From: Eledone cirrhosa
Lineage: Eukaryota
Length of the DNA: 64,000 nt
NCBI GenBank assembly: GCA_964016885.1
Contig: OZ024750.1
Coordinates: 23,746,001-23,810,000, forward strand
Direction: 5' to 3'
Shown here: positions 24,101 through 37,912 of the stretch, one piece after another
Layout: each line of letters starts with the position of its first letter
Numbering within the stretch: the first letter of the stretch is position 1
Made by a program: the position numbers and the translations under genes
The notes under the pieces: generated by a model
The model's input: only the letters and a program-made list of their open reading frames with translations
What the model was told of the DNA's origin: nothing
The model's database searches: none

Positions 24101-27100
24101 TCCACTCTCTTCCCCAGTTTAAATTTAAAACTTGTTGAATGTTTGCTATACTGCTATTATAATGGTATATGTAACAATCCAAGTTAAATATGTTTTTAAG
24201 ACCCTTTATTATTATTTTTTAATGGGGATATTTTTAGATTTGCTACTCTCACCCACTCTCAGACTGTCGTTATTTTTATACATATAGTAACCGGTTAATT
24301 CGGAAATATTAAGTAAATGTATAACTACGGTTTTGTATGAGTTAATACAGCGTTATTATGTCTAGTTTTATGATGATTTCTGGAAATAGCAAACGATAAT
24401 CATCTACAGTAGATCAATACTAACTCAATGACACGTTCCTAAAAAAAAATAACCCACTTTCTCTTTGCCATTACATCGACCACTAATTCTTCCTCTCGGA
24501 ACATGCTTAATTATCGAAAACTTTCAATTCTAGTTCGCTCTTTCTCCTAATAAATTTTCAGATATCTAATTCATTCTCATAATATATACATATAAAAATA
24601 AGTAATCGCTAAATTTTTTATTGTTTATTGAGTAAATATCGCTTTTTAGCAAACTGCGTTTGTAATAATGCACCCTCTCCCCCGTTGTAACAGAAAAAAA
24701 GCTCATTCTTTTAACCAATTCTCAAAATAACAAATTCATTTAAATAATACAAATCTGTAAATAAATAGTCGTTAGATTTTGATTGTTTAGTAAGTAAAAC
24801 CCAGTATTTTGTACCCGCCTTTGAAATAATGTCCCCCGTTGTCATAGATTATTATTGTTATAGTGATAGAAATCATTATCATTACATCAGTGTCTATACA
24901 CGGCTCCTATTCTACTCTCAGTAATTACTAAAATTGATTTTATACGTTCTTTTTTTCTCCTTTAGGTCGTTATTTATTTATTCCTTCTTTGTCTGCTTGT
25001 TCGGTAAATTCGACTGGTGATAGTTGTGTTGTGATATGTATTTCAGTCATCACAGACATCAATAGAGAACAACCTATTGCTACTATCTTCGTTTTCCTAC
25101 GCTACCTGCCTTTTACAACGGCAGTATAAATATAGATATCTCTGCACGACTTAATTAATTCTTAAGATAGATTTAGTAAACAATAATTCTTCTTTAAAAG
25201 GCAAACAAAGAACACGAGTGTTAGAAATTTGATTTACTCGTTCAAGAGATGTAATGTTAACTGATTAAATGTGAAAGCAGGTTTAAACTTCTTCGGACCA
25301 AAGTCCAGTATATATATATATAATACACATGCTAAAAATTGTGCGCTTTATTTTGAAAGAACTTCGTAATTACGGAAAGAACATAATTTTGCTAGTTTTT
25401 TGGTCATTGCTGCAGTGGTTTTTTTTTAACTGGGTCCAAGTATCTAAGCCGGCACTATTCTCTTTTCTTTGTTACAACTTTCTCAGACGAATGAAGTGGT
25501 AGGTAAAAGAATCTATTTTTACATCGCATTTGTTTTATTAGTTTTACTTGTTAATATTTACTAGTTTCTGTTTCTGTGAAATAACTACTTCATCATCGTC
25601 GGAAATACTGTCATGTTTATATTTGTATTCAGTTAGGTATAAAAGCATTTCTTAAAATTCAAGGATAATTTATTATTATTCATCAGAACTCAGCTAACAT
25701 GAATGAGAAGACATAATCCTTAATTTCACATTCCTGCCTTTCTAGTCTAGAAACAAATCAATAAACGTTAAACAGCAGCAATTTTCATTATATTCTTTCT
25801 TTGAACTGTAGCTATTCCACCCTCTTTCTCATGTCTGTAACACTGTACTACCAGCAGACATAGCACATGTACTGCTGTAATCCTTCCTTCCTACCCGTGT
25901 CATACACACCTTTAATTTATTAGCTGACAGGTTGGCAACTATAATAATGTGAGAAAGGGGGTGGGATCCCATTAGCTCACCCCAGGCAGCGTGAGTGTGT
26001 GTGGGGGGGGGGGGGGATGGAAACATGTTAATCAGTTTGATTCAGAATGTTAGTATTGGTATTTCCCCACCTCATTGCTTTTATTAAATTTTTCAGTGAA
26101 AAACATTTTGTCATCATTGCTGAATAGAATTTGTGTGCAGTGTAGTCTTTTTTTAGTGCCATGTCTTATAATGAATGCAGTTCTTTTCAAACCAAACCAA
26201 ACCAAATCAACTTCCAGTCATGAATATTTTAAGATATGCCAGGACATTTTAAAACATGTACTATCCAATATATAGAGCATTATAATGTAGCAGACCAGAC
26301 TACTGTGTTATTGAGTCAACTGTACTTCAACACAAATGCTACGTTTGTGTTCGGACCCAAGATAAATATTCATGTTTGTTGGCGAGGACGAAAAAGAAAC
26401 AGTTATAAATGTAAATATATATATTATACATGAACTCTACTAGATATATCTCATAAATCTATAATGGTGGAAAATATTAGAATGAAACATGTGATATAGT
26501 GAAACCAGACATTATAGGCTGTCGTTGAAGGGAGTTAATTCAAGCATTTCTTTAAAAACACTTGTGTAATTTCAGTCAGGACACTTGACCGACTGCCTGT
26601 ATTAAGGCGTCAGATATCTGAAATAGTGATTGCGTGGTGATAAACCCTTATAACTTTATTTTATATGCAGAATGTATATTAGGAATATAGTTTCTGAAGA
26701 ATATCATAATGATAAATATAAAGAGAAAAATAGGGGCGGGGGTGAGGAAGGCGTAAAGTCTACTCCACTGGACGGTAGGTCTGAGATGCACCCTACGGAA
26801 AAGATGGCGAAGAACTGCTAGCGATACCTGCTGCATTAGCTATTCCACCTCACAAGGCACCTTCATTATGCTTGAATGATGTCCCTGTCCCGAGGAAAAC
26901 GGCAGACTGGCGATCGAGGAGGACATCGGAGGTCTCATTGGTGACCGACGCAAAACAGAAACTGTCGGGCAATGCCTAAGCATCAAAGAAACCTGGATTG
27001 TAATTAACAGTCCATTTTCTAGGATAAGGGAAGGTCATGATATGAGCTGATCCTAACAAAACATTTTCTTTTAAAGATATTTGATTTATTTCCTAAAGGA

Positions 27101-30100
27101 TTTTTTCCATACTGTAATGACTTTCCTGGTTATGCTAATTCAAATATTTGCACGTTTTGTTAAAGGTGTAAAACACTAGGATGTTCTTGCTATAGTTTTC
27201 CATTTTTATCTATTACTAAGTACAATGACGCATCACAATCCGTTTGATAGTAAACCACCTGAAACAGCTCCTAGTTCTGTTATACAAAGCCATTTATTCT
27301 AAAGTGTTTATGTTTATCTAAAAACCTTCCATCAGGATTTTATGTAAGAAACTTTGTACCGAACACCAACTTAAAAATGGTCTCTGATGTATGCACAAGA
27401 TTAACGGTTTTTGGAGAAGGATAAAATCGATCAATCGACTCCAGTGCGTTACTGACACTTTATTTTATAGACTCCCGTAAGGATGAAAGGCAAAGCTAAC
27501 CTCGGTGGGATTTGGACCCAGAACGTAGAAGGCTGCAAAGCATGTCTAACGCTCTATTGATACTGCCAATCTACCAACTTAATAATGAGATAGTTATTAC
27601 TAAATTACTCCAATACCTTGCGTATTTTCATAATTATTTGAAATTTATAGGCGCCCTTTCAATAGAAATATAATAACAAAAGAGTTAAACTTGTAATTCT
27701 GGCTGTGACATGTGCTCCACAGGGATTAATTTTTTTCCTTAATTTTGCATTAGTATAACCTTTTAACATTATTTTTATACTGGGAGGTGACATCAGATTT
27801 TTTGAAGTGTGATGGTGGAACATTGAGTAAAAAAAAAAGGTTAAAAACCACTGTCTTAAACACTTTGCATCCCATAATTAGAGGTAATTTTAGACAGGTG
27901 GTAAAGAGGTGCTCTATAAATACTTCAACTAAATAGTGTTTGAAATTTTTTTAAATTATTCAACCTGCTAAAATCACCTTCAAATCACAGGCGGCCACTT
28001 GAAAAATAGTCTTTGATAGACGCAGGCTGTGTGGTAAGGAGTTCACTTTGCAACAATTTGGTTTCGAGTTCACTCACATTGCCTGACACTTTAGGCAGGT
28101 GTCTTCTACTATAGCCCCGGGTTGATCAATGGTTTGTTAATGAAATTCGGAAACTGCATTATTTAAAGTTCATTTTCCCAGCTAGCAAGGCTTGGATGGA
28201 TTTTCATAGACTAAATCAACACTGAAGTGAATGTTAATTGATGATATATATGTGTGTGTGTGTAGCAAAAAGTGATCAATAAAATGTAACAGACTTGAAA
28301 TAATACGGGCTGGGATCAATATAATAGACTGTCTGATTAAGGCAATGTCCCAGCTTGACCGTAGTCAAACAACTGAAACCTATAAAAGAATATGGTATGA
28401 TCACAGCTGCAGTACCTTTGATTATAAGTCTGCTCGATCGGGGATGACTTAAGCTTGAGCTAAACAACTAGTGAGGTTAATTTTGTTTTGCTTGAATCTC
28501 TGAAGAGAAAATGTGAATCTGGAGGGTTCTGTAGAAAGCTGTAGGTCTGTGTGATGGTGAGTGTGACTAGATGTTAGGGTTTTAGACTCATAATCATAAG
28601 GTCGTGGGTTTGATTCCTTCACTGAGTCATGGCATTGTGTCCTTCAGCAAGACTTCATTTCACATGAGTCCACTCAGCTGAAATGAAAGCGTCTCAACCG
28701 CAGCTGGGGACTATATCCTGCAATAGATTAGCATTTTCATAATTCTAAAAGCCAGTCTCAGTACACACTCTCACATTGAATTTCTTCGAGAACTACAGTA
28801 GGGTATACATGTCTATGGAATGCTCAGCTAGTTACATGTTAATTTCACAAGCAGGCTGTTCCAGTGATCAAATGAGTGGTACATGCATTGAAAGATCCAA
28901 CAGACGCCCAATACAAACACAAACCAAAAAGAGAGAAATAAATTCCTTAAAGAAATATGAAGCATAGAGACTAAGTTAATCTAACTGCTAGGCACGTAGT
29001 CGTGTGGTTAGGGTGTTGAGCTCATGATCATAAGGTTGTGAGTTCAATTCCTGAACCAGTTGGTATATTGTGCTCTTCAGCAAGACACTTTATTTTAAGT
29101 TGCTCCAGTCAGGAGGATGTCATTCACCCTTGACCATACTGACGTCACCTGACCATTGTTTTTCCTTTGGACAACATTGGTGGTGTGTAGAGAAGAGACA
29201 GGCATGCATGAGTTGGTGTTGAATACCCTTCCCAGTTTTATGCCTTTTAGAAGAATTTCCAAGTGCAAACCTGTGGTCAGTATTTTGGCCTGGGGAAGAG
29301 GAATAGTGTACATTATTTTTTGCAAACTCTCCCTAGACTGGTGAGATTGTAGTGGTTGATGTTCAGGTCGAACATCTGTGGGGCAATTTGTATAGATAAA
29401 AACTTAGTGTGTGGGGAAAGACTAGGTAAAGTATTTACTGGTGTATCTATGAAATAGATTATATGGTGATGATGACATTTCTTCACTTTGGCACATGATT
29501 AGATGCTGACTAAAATATTTATAAATCTGTATTTGTGTGTGTATGTTATACTCACATACACATATACATATATCTACATTTTTATCTCCTTTTCTATGTG
29601 GCATGGGTTTGGATAGAATGGTTTGAGACAATATTTTACAGCCAGATGTTCTTCCTGACACCACCCCTTTTAATAGCAGGGATATGGTGTACCTATTCTA
29701 AAAACCTGGATGCATGCATGCATACATACATACTTACATACATACATACATACATCCCCCATAACTCCTTGTGGAGTTGTAGAGGCACTGTCATACAGTG
29801 TGTCTAAGGCACCTTTAGACCTGGTGGTTCCCAACCCTCTCCAGGTCTGAACACAGCTGATTTTTTCTTTAAAGGAAGAATCTACCCCAGTACAGGACTG
29901 GTACTTTTTTTATCAACCTCGATAGGATGAAAGGCAAAGTTGACCACAGTGGGATTTGAACTCAGAGCGTGCATTGAAGTGGGATGAATAACCTAAAGCA
30001 TTTTATCCGACATCTTAACAACTCTGCCAATTTGCTGCCTATATATACATCATACATACATGCATGCACACATACATATATACATGTATATATGTATGAG

Positions 30101-32716
30101 TGTGTGTGTTGAATAAATATCTTTGTTTGCTTGTGAACATGTGTGCTGTGCAGGTGTGTGTGTGAGTGTTTATTTTAAAGTGATTTGCTTCTCTCTCTAT
30201 CACATATGGCACCACTAAACAGTTGTAATTTTATTTCCAGTTCAATATAACTACACAAACATAATCAGGTGACTGTAATGGATTGATAACAACAAGGTTG
30301 TTGTCCTTGTTGACATTCAAACTATTAAAACATCAAAACAACTGGGCTTTCTAGAATGTTCTTGCTACAATGTCTGAGTCATGAAACATGGAAGGAAAGA
30401 GGGAAAACATTCAATTGCCAAGACACTTTAGTCAGTAAACTTGTTACATAACAACTCAGCTCTCTGGATTGTATTAATTGATTTCTAATCAGAGTATTGC
30501 AAATCTGTTGATGCAGTATGATGACTGAATGGTTAAGAAGTTTGCTTCAGAATTGTAGGGTCTTGGGTTCAATGTCACAGTGTAGCATCTTGGGGAAAGT
30601 GTCATTTACCATGGTCTTGGGGGGCGATCTAATCCTTCTGAGTGAAATTAGATAGATGGAACTGTTTGGAAGTTCATTGCATGGATCGTAGCTGTAATTT
30701 AACCCTTTAGCATTTACATTACTCTATTTTCGCATAATATTGAATCTATATGATTTTGATATTATTTATTTTGAGAACAATACTTTAACGTTGGTATGAG
30801 TGGTCAGTTATTAAAGAATAAATAATATAATATAAATACTATGTATAAATAAATATTATATTTTTTTATTTTACTATATCTATATAAAATATGCATCATT
30901 TGATATTTAATATATATATATATCATCTCTACCACCCCTTTAGGCCCTAGCAAGTCCCTGGACCTTCTCAACGCTCCCCAGGGTGTGGTAGCGCAAACGT
31001 AAAAATAATTCTTTCTAGATATTGGCACAAGGCCAGCAATTTAGGGGAAGTGGGAAAGTTGATTATATCCCAGTATATAATCCCAGTACTTAACTATTAC
31101 TTTATTTTATTGATCCCGGAAGGATGAAAGGCAAAGTTTATCTTGTCAGGATTTGAACTCAGGAGGTAGAAATTTGTAACTAAATACCACAAAGCATTTT
31201 ATCTTACTGTCAATCCTTACTGTGCAAAGATAAAAACAATGATGACTGTGCTGCATAAACTAATTCTATCTTTTATTCCATTACAATTCTAACCATTTTA
31301 TTGAAATATTTCTATAACTATTTATAGTTTATTGGCTTCATTCTAGCTTTTAATTCAATTCTGAAATTATCAGTTATAAAATGACATTTCAAACATTGCT
31401 TAATTTGCAGTAAAGATACTACATTTTATCTTCTTTTTCATTAACAATGTATAATTAATCTACAGCTTGGTGAATGATTAGAGATAAAGGGATATTAACG
31501 TGGGTTGGATAAGTCATTAGAAACCCAGTCAGTTAATCAGAGCTACTGTCTTCCCATACAGGCCTGAAGCCATGTCTCACTGACATATATTCCAGTTTTG
31601 GCATGGTTTCTACAGTAGATGTCCATCCTAATGCCAACCACTTTACAAGGTGTACTGGGTGGATTTTATCATGGCACTAACATGAAGGAAGTTGTCATGT
31701 CCTTGACATAACTAAAACATGGATTCTGTGGTTGAATGCCATTTTTAATGCACCAGCACTTTGCAAATTCTATTCTGGTAGTTTCTTCTTGTGGAATTCT
31801 CTTCCAGCTTCTTGCTTTCCTGATGACTATAATTTGCAAAAATTCAAAAGCAACATTATCATCTCTCTCCTTGAATTATGTTCTCTCTCTCTTGACCTTC
31901 TTCCTTGCATTTTAGTGGCTTTGTTGCTTTGCTTGGAGTGAGAAACAAAAAAAAAAAATAGAGGTTCTCAACACAACTGTCTTCTTAACCCTTTGTTTGG
32001 CATTGATTCAGCAGTTGGATGTTCCTTCTAATGCCTGTGTATGGGATACATTTTACTTATGTTACCTAGTGGTTTGACAAAAGGAAATTGATAAAATAAG
32101 TACTAAACTTGAAAAAAAAAGTACTGGGATCAATATGATCATGTAAATCTGTCACTTAAGGCAACACCCCAGCGTGACCACAGTCAAATGACTGAAACAA
32201 ATGTAAAAGAGATGTCTGTATCAGAAATCATTATAGTTGGACCACTCTCATCTCACCCACCCCTCTCCATCTGTCTTCACTAACCTCACTCTTTTGCATT
32301 GTAGTAATTTGGTCAGGAAACATCTGTGTTTGTGTTCTACATATGATTGGTCAAGTGGTCAACTACTGCGTCATTATTTTAACAAACTACAACCGACTAA
32401 TTGTCACTGACAAACAATAGCAACTGTTATTTTATGTTCATATATATATATAATATTCAACATTATCATTGGACATCAAATGATATATATATATAAATAT
32501 GTATATATATATACATATATAATTTAGTGATTGTAACGTGGGCACTCGATGTGTAATTTCCAGTAGTTATAAGGCTGTTGTCGGGCCAGATCAATACAGA
32601 TCGAGCCTTGAGCTGATCAATCACGACACGCACATCACACTTCAATAAATGTAATGACGATCAAACACCTCATCCTTTTTATTATATATATATATATATA
32701 TATATATAATAAGAGC

Positions 32717-33122
32717 GGTGGATTGGCAGTATCAGTAGGGTCGGACACCATGCTTTGCAGCATAGAGTTACGGCTCTTTATGGTCTGAGTTCAAATCTCA
32801 CCGAGTTTAGCTTTGCCTTTCTTCCTTAAGGGGTCGATAAAATAAAGCACCAGTAATGTACTGGGGTCGATTTAATCGACTTTCCCCTCTCCCAAAATTA
32901 CTGGCCTTGTGCCTATAGTAAAAATCATTATTATTATAATTGTTTCTACTTTTAGCACAAGGCCAGCAATCAACCAGTACATTACTGGTACTTTATTTTA
33001 TCGACCCCGTAAGGATGAAAGGCAAAGTGAACCTTGGCGGGATTTGAACTCAGACCATAAAGGGACATAACTATGCTGGAAAGCTTGGCGTCCGACCTTC
33101 TACCGATACTGCCAATCCACCA
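32717..33122. mobile_element. Tail-to-tail pair of tRNA-derived SINEs with a Nin/Deu-like central domain; more copies near 12329, 27420, 29890, 31010, 33840, 34087, 53932, 58630, 63247
   Basis: A-box tggcagtatcagtag, B-box gagttcaaatc, central gcctttcatccttacggggtcgataaaataaagtaccag. Confidence 0.85.
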
Positions 33123-33395
33123 TAATAATATATATATATATATATATGTATATATCTTGGCAGTAAGGTGAACTTAAATGCATTTCTTGATGACAAGATA
33201 ATCATATAAGGAAAGCTACAAGTGGCAGAGGAAATGACAAAGGAATGCAACAGATGGAAGGGCGCTGTGCTAGAAAAGACCTATCCAACCCATGCAAGCA
33301 TGGAGAAGCAGACATATATGTTGATGGTGATGTATGTGTCTATATATGTAATGTGTTTTTTCTGATTGTATTACAGGATCAATGGGAAGTAGCCA

Positions 33396-33632
33396 ATGCT
33401 TGGGTCACCACTCTGGCTGGTCAGCTGGGATGGCAATGTGTTTACACTCTTCACAAAAGCCAAGTATGTCCAACAGGTTAATAAATCAAGTTCTGAATAT
33501 ACATCACACTTCAAAAGAATCTCTGCCACACCGGACTGTGCTTGGGGCTTAAGTTGTTATCACCAAATCTATGTTTATGTTTATCCACTGGAAATACCGA
33601 TCCGGATACAAGACAAAACTTATGAGAATGAG
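33396..33632 (+). CDS. TECPR1: TECPR1 coding exon 1 (exon starts at 33377; MLGSPLWLVSWDGNVFTL...FKRISATPDCAWGL...TYENE)
   Basis: Acceptor ttacag|33377, donor gag|gtatgt, phase 0. The peptide resembles the recalled human TECPR1 N-terminus (LWAVDLFGRVYTL...FKRVSAT...AYENQ). Confidence 0.92.
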
Positions 33633-34589
33633 GTATGTATCATGGTTTTTTTTTTTTTTACAGCAGCTTTTTTTTTTTTTTTAGACCGACTACAATTTCT
33701 TTTAATTCTAAATTTGAAGTTATTAAAGTCAAGAAATGACCAAATATAGTGTGTAGTCCCATCTCATCAGATGACCGCTAAGATATGTTGTTCCGATGCT
33801 TTAAGGTCGATACAACTGGCTCTAGTGCACAAGGGACAATAATTGTTTCTACTATTAGCACAAGGCCAGAAATTACCCAGTGCATTACTGATGCTTTATT
33901 TTATCGACCCCGTAAGGATGAAAGGCAAAGTTAACCTCGGCGGGATTTGAACTCAGATCGTAAAGGGACGTAACTATGCTGGAAAGCATGACGTCCGACC
34001 CTCTACCGATACTGCCAATCCACCTGCCAAGGGACAATAATAATAGAACAAAGGACAAGATGATAGTCTTAATGACATTTCACAAATAATTGTTTCTACT
34101 TTTGGCACAAGGCCAGCAATTACCCCAGTGCATTACTGGTACTTTATTTTATCGACCCCTGTAAGGATAAAAGGCAAAATTAACCTCGGCGGGATTTGAA
34201 CTCGGACCATAAAGGGCTGTATGCACATAGGACAGTAACAAATGGGTAAAAGACAAGACAATAGTCTGTGTGTATGTGTGTGTGTTCTGTAACTAACATT
34301 TCGACAAAAAGAGATTGATGAAATAAGTTCTGGGGGCAATATAATATCAGTTAAAACCCTTGAAGCCAGTGCCCCAGCATGGCCGTAGTCTAATGACTGA
34401 AACCAGTAAAAGAATGGAAGAATACTATTCCTAGGAATGTGTCAGAAATGATCCAATTTTCAATAGGGTTATGGAACATTCCAAAAATTCTTTTTCTTTT
34501 CCCTCCCCCTCCCCCCTCCTAGCTGCACAGTCATGGTCTTACACTACACCTTTTTTACTCCTGAACAACATCTGGGGTTGAGTCAACAG

Positions 34590-34880
34590 AACATTTATGT
34601 GAACATTTTTCAACCTACTAGAAATAACAGCCAAGTTTCTTAATCCAGCAAGGGAGCATCTATGTGGACACTTAATGTGCTAGAAATAGCTGCTAAATAT
34701 TTTGATCCAGCAAAGGAGCACCTATGTGGACACGTTTTGTGCTAGAAATAGCTGCCAGATTTCTTGATCCAGCAAAAGAGCCTCTATGTAGACACTTTAT
34801 GTACTAGAAACAGCTGCCAAATTTCTTGATCCAGCAAAGGAGCCTCTATGTGGACACTTTATCTGCTAGAAGTAGCATCC
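34590..34880. repeat. 62-bp minisatellite
   Basis: atccagca recurs at 34643, 34705, 34767 and 34829. Confidence 0.9.
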
Positions 34881-35512
34881 AGCTGTTGAAACCAAACCCA
34901 AAGCATCTGACCTAGCTCATTTCATAACATGACAACCCATGATATAATATATAATATATTCAGTTGTTTGTAATTGGTCTAGAATAAGTAACTGTATTCC
35001 TGCCTTGCATAAAAGGGTTGGGGCTAGAAAAGGCATCTAGCTGTAAAACATTGCCTCAAAAGAGATCCCATGATCAGCATAAAGCCTTTAACCCTTTCGC
35101 ATTTAAACCAGCTAAATTCAGCCAGAATTCTCTCACCACTTTCTGTTTAAACCAGCTATAACTGGTCAGTCATACTGATGTTAAGGTATTGTTCTCAAAA
35201 TAAATATCAAAATCCCATTGATTCAATATTATGTGAGATATTTATGTGAGGTAAAGCCTTTATCACAAAAATGCAAATGTAAATATAGAGTAATGTAAAT
35301 GCTAAAGGTTTAGTGTTTTGCTAATGTTTATAATGTCTTTACTAATGGACAAATTGTTGTGGAAATTGGCATTATTAAAGTAAAGATTTGAATGTTTAAT
35401 GTGGTACAGTCATAGTGTTGTTTTGTATATTTCAAGAACGTTTTGCGTGGTTTCATGCAGTACAGAATGTTATGTGTTAAATACCAATTTCTATTCCAAT
35501 CTTCTATACCAG

Positions 35513-35698
35513 CGCTGGACCCCTGTTAATGGCTTCTCTGGCAAGAACTTGCTACCAACAGAACGCAAGAACTGGAGTGATGAAAATGGAGAAGGTTATT
35601 ATCCAAAAGAAAGTTTTGAGTTGCCCTCACAGTACTGGGAGTGGGAGGGTGAGTGGAGTGTGGATGAAAATTTCCGAGGACATTTGACAGACCGTGGT
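35513..35698 (+). CDS. TECPR1: TECPR1 coding exon 2, Dysferlin (DysF) domain (RWTPVNGFSGKNLLPTERKNWSDENG...LPSQYWEWEGEWSVDENFRG)
   Basis: ccag|cgc to ggt|gtaagt, 186 nt, phase 0-0. Joins exon 1 to give the DysF YENERW signature. Confidence 0.95.
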
Positions 35699-35744
35699 GT
35701 AAGTAGCATTCCTTAGTGAATCTTTTATTGTTTATTGTGTTACA

Positions 35745-36600
35745 TCTTGTTACAGGCTGTGTTACACATTGTACTATACCTTGTTGCAGGCTGTGTTACA
35801 TATTGTTACAGTTATACCTTGTTACAGGCTGTGTTACACATTATATTGTGTTATAGTTATACCATGTTATAGACTGTTACATATTGTTATATATTGTAAC
35901 GGGCTGTGTTACATATTATATTAGTTATACCTTGTTACAGGCTGTGTTATGGTTATACCTTGTTACAGGCTGTGTTAGATATTGTGTTACAGCTATACCT
36001 TGTTAAATGCTGTTACATATTGTTACAATGATGCCTTATTACAGGCTGTGTTACATATTGTGTTAGTTATACCCTGTACATATTGTTACAGTTATACCTT
36101 GTTACAGGCTGTTACATATTGTGTTAGTTATACCTTGTTACAGGCTGTGTTACATATTGTGTTAGTTATACCTTGTTATAGGCTGTGTTACTGTATATTA
36201 TAAATTGTGTCACTTTGTCTCACACATTGTCACTCTTTCCTATATATTATGTCTTCCATATTGTGTTACACTGTCTGTCCTATAAATATTGTCACAGTGT
36301 GTCACTTAGTCCTACATAATGTGCTACAGTGTATTACTACATATTGCTATAAACTGTTGCTGTATCACACACTGTGTTAGTATCCATTGCAATGTATAAC
36401 TATGTCTAACACACTGATCTACAATATCTTACTGTTCTTTCTGGTTTCTACAATGTATTTCTGTTTTCTACAATATATTACTGTGTCACTGTGTCCAACA
36501 CACTGTATCACTGTGCGTTACTATGTTCTATAATGTCTTACTATGTATTCTGTGTACTGCAATGTGTAACTGTCCAACACACTGAATCACTGTGTATTAA
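35745..36600. repeat. Degenerate low-complexity tandem repeats (ataccttgttacaggctgtgttacatatt)
   Basis: The recurring motif fills the intron between coding exons 2 and 3. Confidence 0.8.
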
Positions 36601-36661
36601 TCTACCCTGAAACTCTGTAATAACACTCTAATAATAAGATCTTTGTTAATTCCCATACCAG

Positions 36662-36784
36662 GGTTGGCAGTATGCAGCCAATTTCCCCTCTTATTGGACA
36701 CAAGATATCAAATGGAATTCTTGTGTACGCAAACGGAAATGGATTAGATTCCGGCGCTATACGGCAGTTGATTGCTGGGCAAAG
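36662..36784 (+). CDS. TECPR1: TECPR1 coding exon 3, C-terminal part of DysF (GWQYAANFPSYWTQDIKWNSCVRKRKWIRFRRYTAVDCWAK)
   Basis: Translated by hand; not in the ORF track. ccag|ggt to aag|gtaaga, 123 nt. Carries GWxYA and VRxRxWxRxRR DysF motifs. Confidence 0.95.
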
Positions 36785-37142
36785 GTAAGAGATCTCACTG
36801 ATTACCTTTGATTCAGGTACTACGTCTTTTTCCATGACCCTCTCCATTCTACATATATGACTAAAAGGAAATAGTAAAGTACGTTTTTTTTTTTTTTTTG
36901 TTTCTGTTTTTGTGTAAGATATTTAATGAGGGAAGGAAAGACAATGTCCATGACCCTTTTAGGGACTTCAACATTGATGGGTAGGAAGAAGGAAAGGTGG
37001 GGGAAGGGAGGAAATGAAGGGAGCTGATAGTCAGATTGGAGCAAGGGATTTTTCCATTGCTGATATTATCTGTCAGTCACAACTCCTGGCAGGAGGAGGC
37101 AGAATTTGTCCTTGGAATTCAGAGCTAGATCAGAAAGGCATC

Positions 37143-37175
<33 letters not shown>

Positions 37176-37792
37176 GGTGGTAGTGATGGTGGTGGTGGTG
37201 GTGGTGGTAGTGGTGGTTGTTGTGAGAATAGTAATATTGGTAGTGGTTGTTGTTGGGATAGTGGTGGTGGTGGTAGATCTGGTGATAGTAGTGGCGATGG
37301 TTGTGGTGGCAGTAGTAAAGGTTGTGGTGGTGATGGTAGTGGTCTAAAAAGTGTCAACTCATTGCCAGCAGGGTTAACAAAATAAGTTATATGACCTAGT
37401 AGCCACACACACATATACACAGTCATACTAATGTGTACACATAAAGCCCACAATGTATAAATAGATATACCAACCACACACAGAGCCATATACATGTCAA
37501 CAAAGCTAGCCATACACATGCATATATAATCACATACACACACACACACACATACACACACAGCCATGTGTATACATACAAAGCCAGCCACACACAAACT
37601 CAATCAAACTCATACATACATATATATATTTATATATATATACAGTATTTTCCGTTGTGTTGTAATATAAATATTACACACAGTAGATTATCAGCTCACG
37701 TAGAGTTTGCTCGACGGTTCCAGTTGTAGTTCCAAAAGTAATCCGGAGAAAAATAGAAAGATTTGAATGGATACAGTTTAGTTGAAAGGAAT

Positions 37793-37912
37793 TTATTGAC
37801 ACGTGTTTCTATAACAGTTACATAACCTAAAACAGCTGCTATCTACAAACTTTTAGTTATGCAGACATTCAATATTTCAATGTTATTATTTACTGTCATT
37901 TCATCAGAATAA
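37793..37912 (-). ncRNA. Type I hammerhead ribozyme motif in the pseudo-LTR, with extended stem II
   Basis: UUAUU-CUGAUGA-[91 nt]-GAAAC-ACGU-GUC^AAUAA: 5-bp stem I and palindromic minimal stem III. The first stem II pair is an A.A mismatch. Confidence 0.7.

Noticed and set aside
24966-25003. Additional TECPR1 5' UTR micro-exons, also 30241-30268
   Set aside because: Splice-like signals only; cannot be supported without transcript data.
26720-26990. HDV-like ribozyme (TCCTCCTCG on the minus strand in a GC-rich patch)
   Set aside because: The flanking bases cannot form P3 or P1. It is probably a transposon 5' fragment of unknown family.
37014-37603. Gly/Ser-, Val- and Pro-rich ORFs
   Set aside because: They derive from an intronic (GGT/AGT)n microsatellite.
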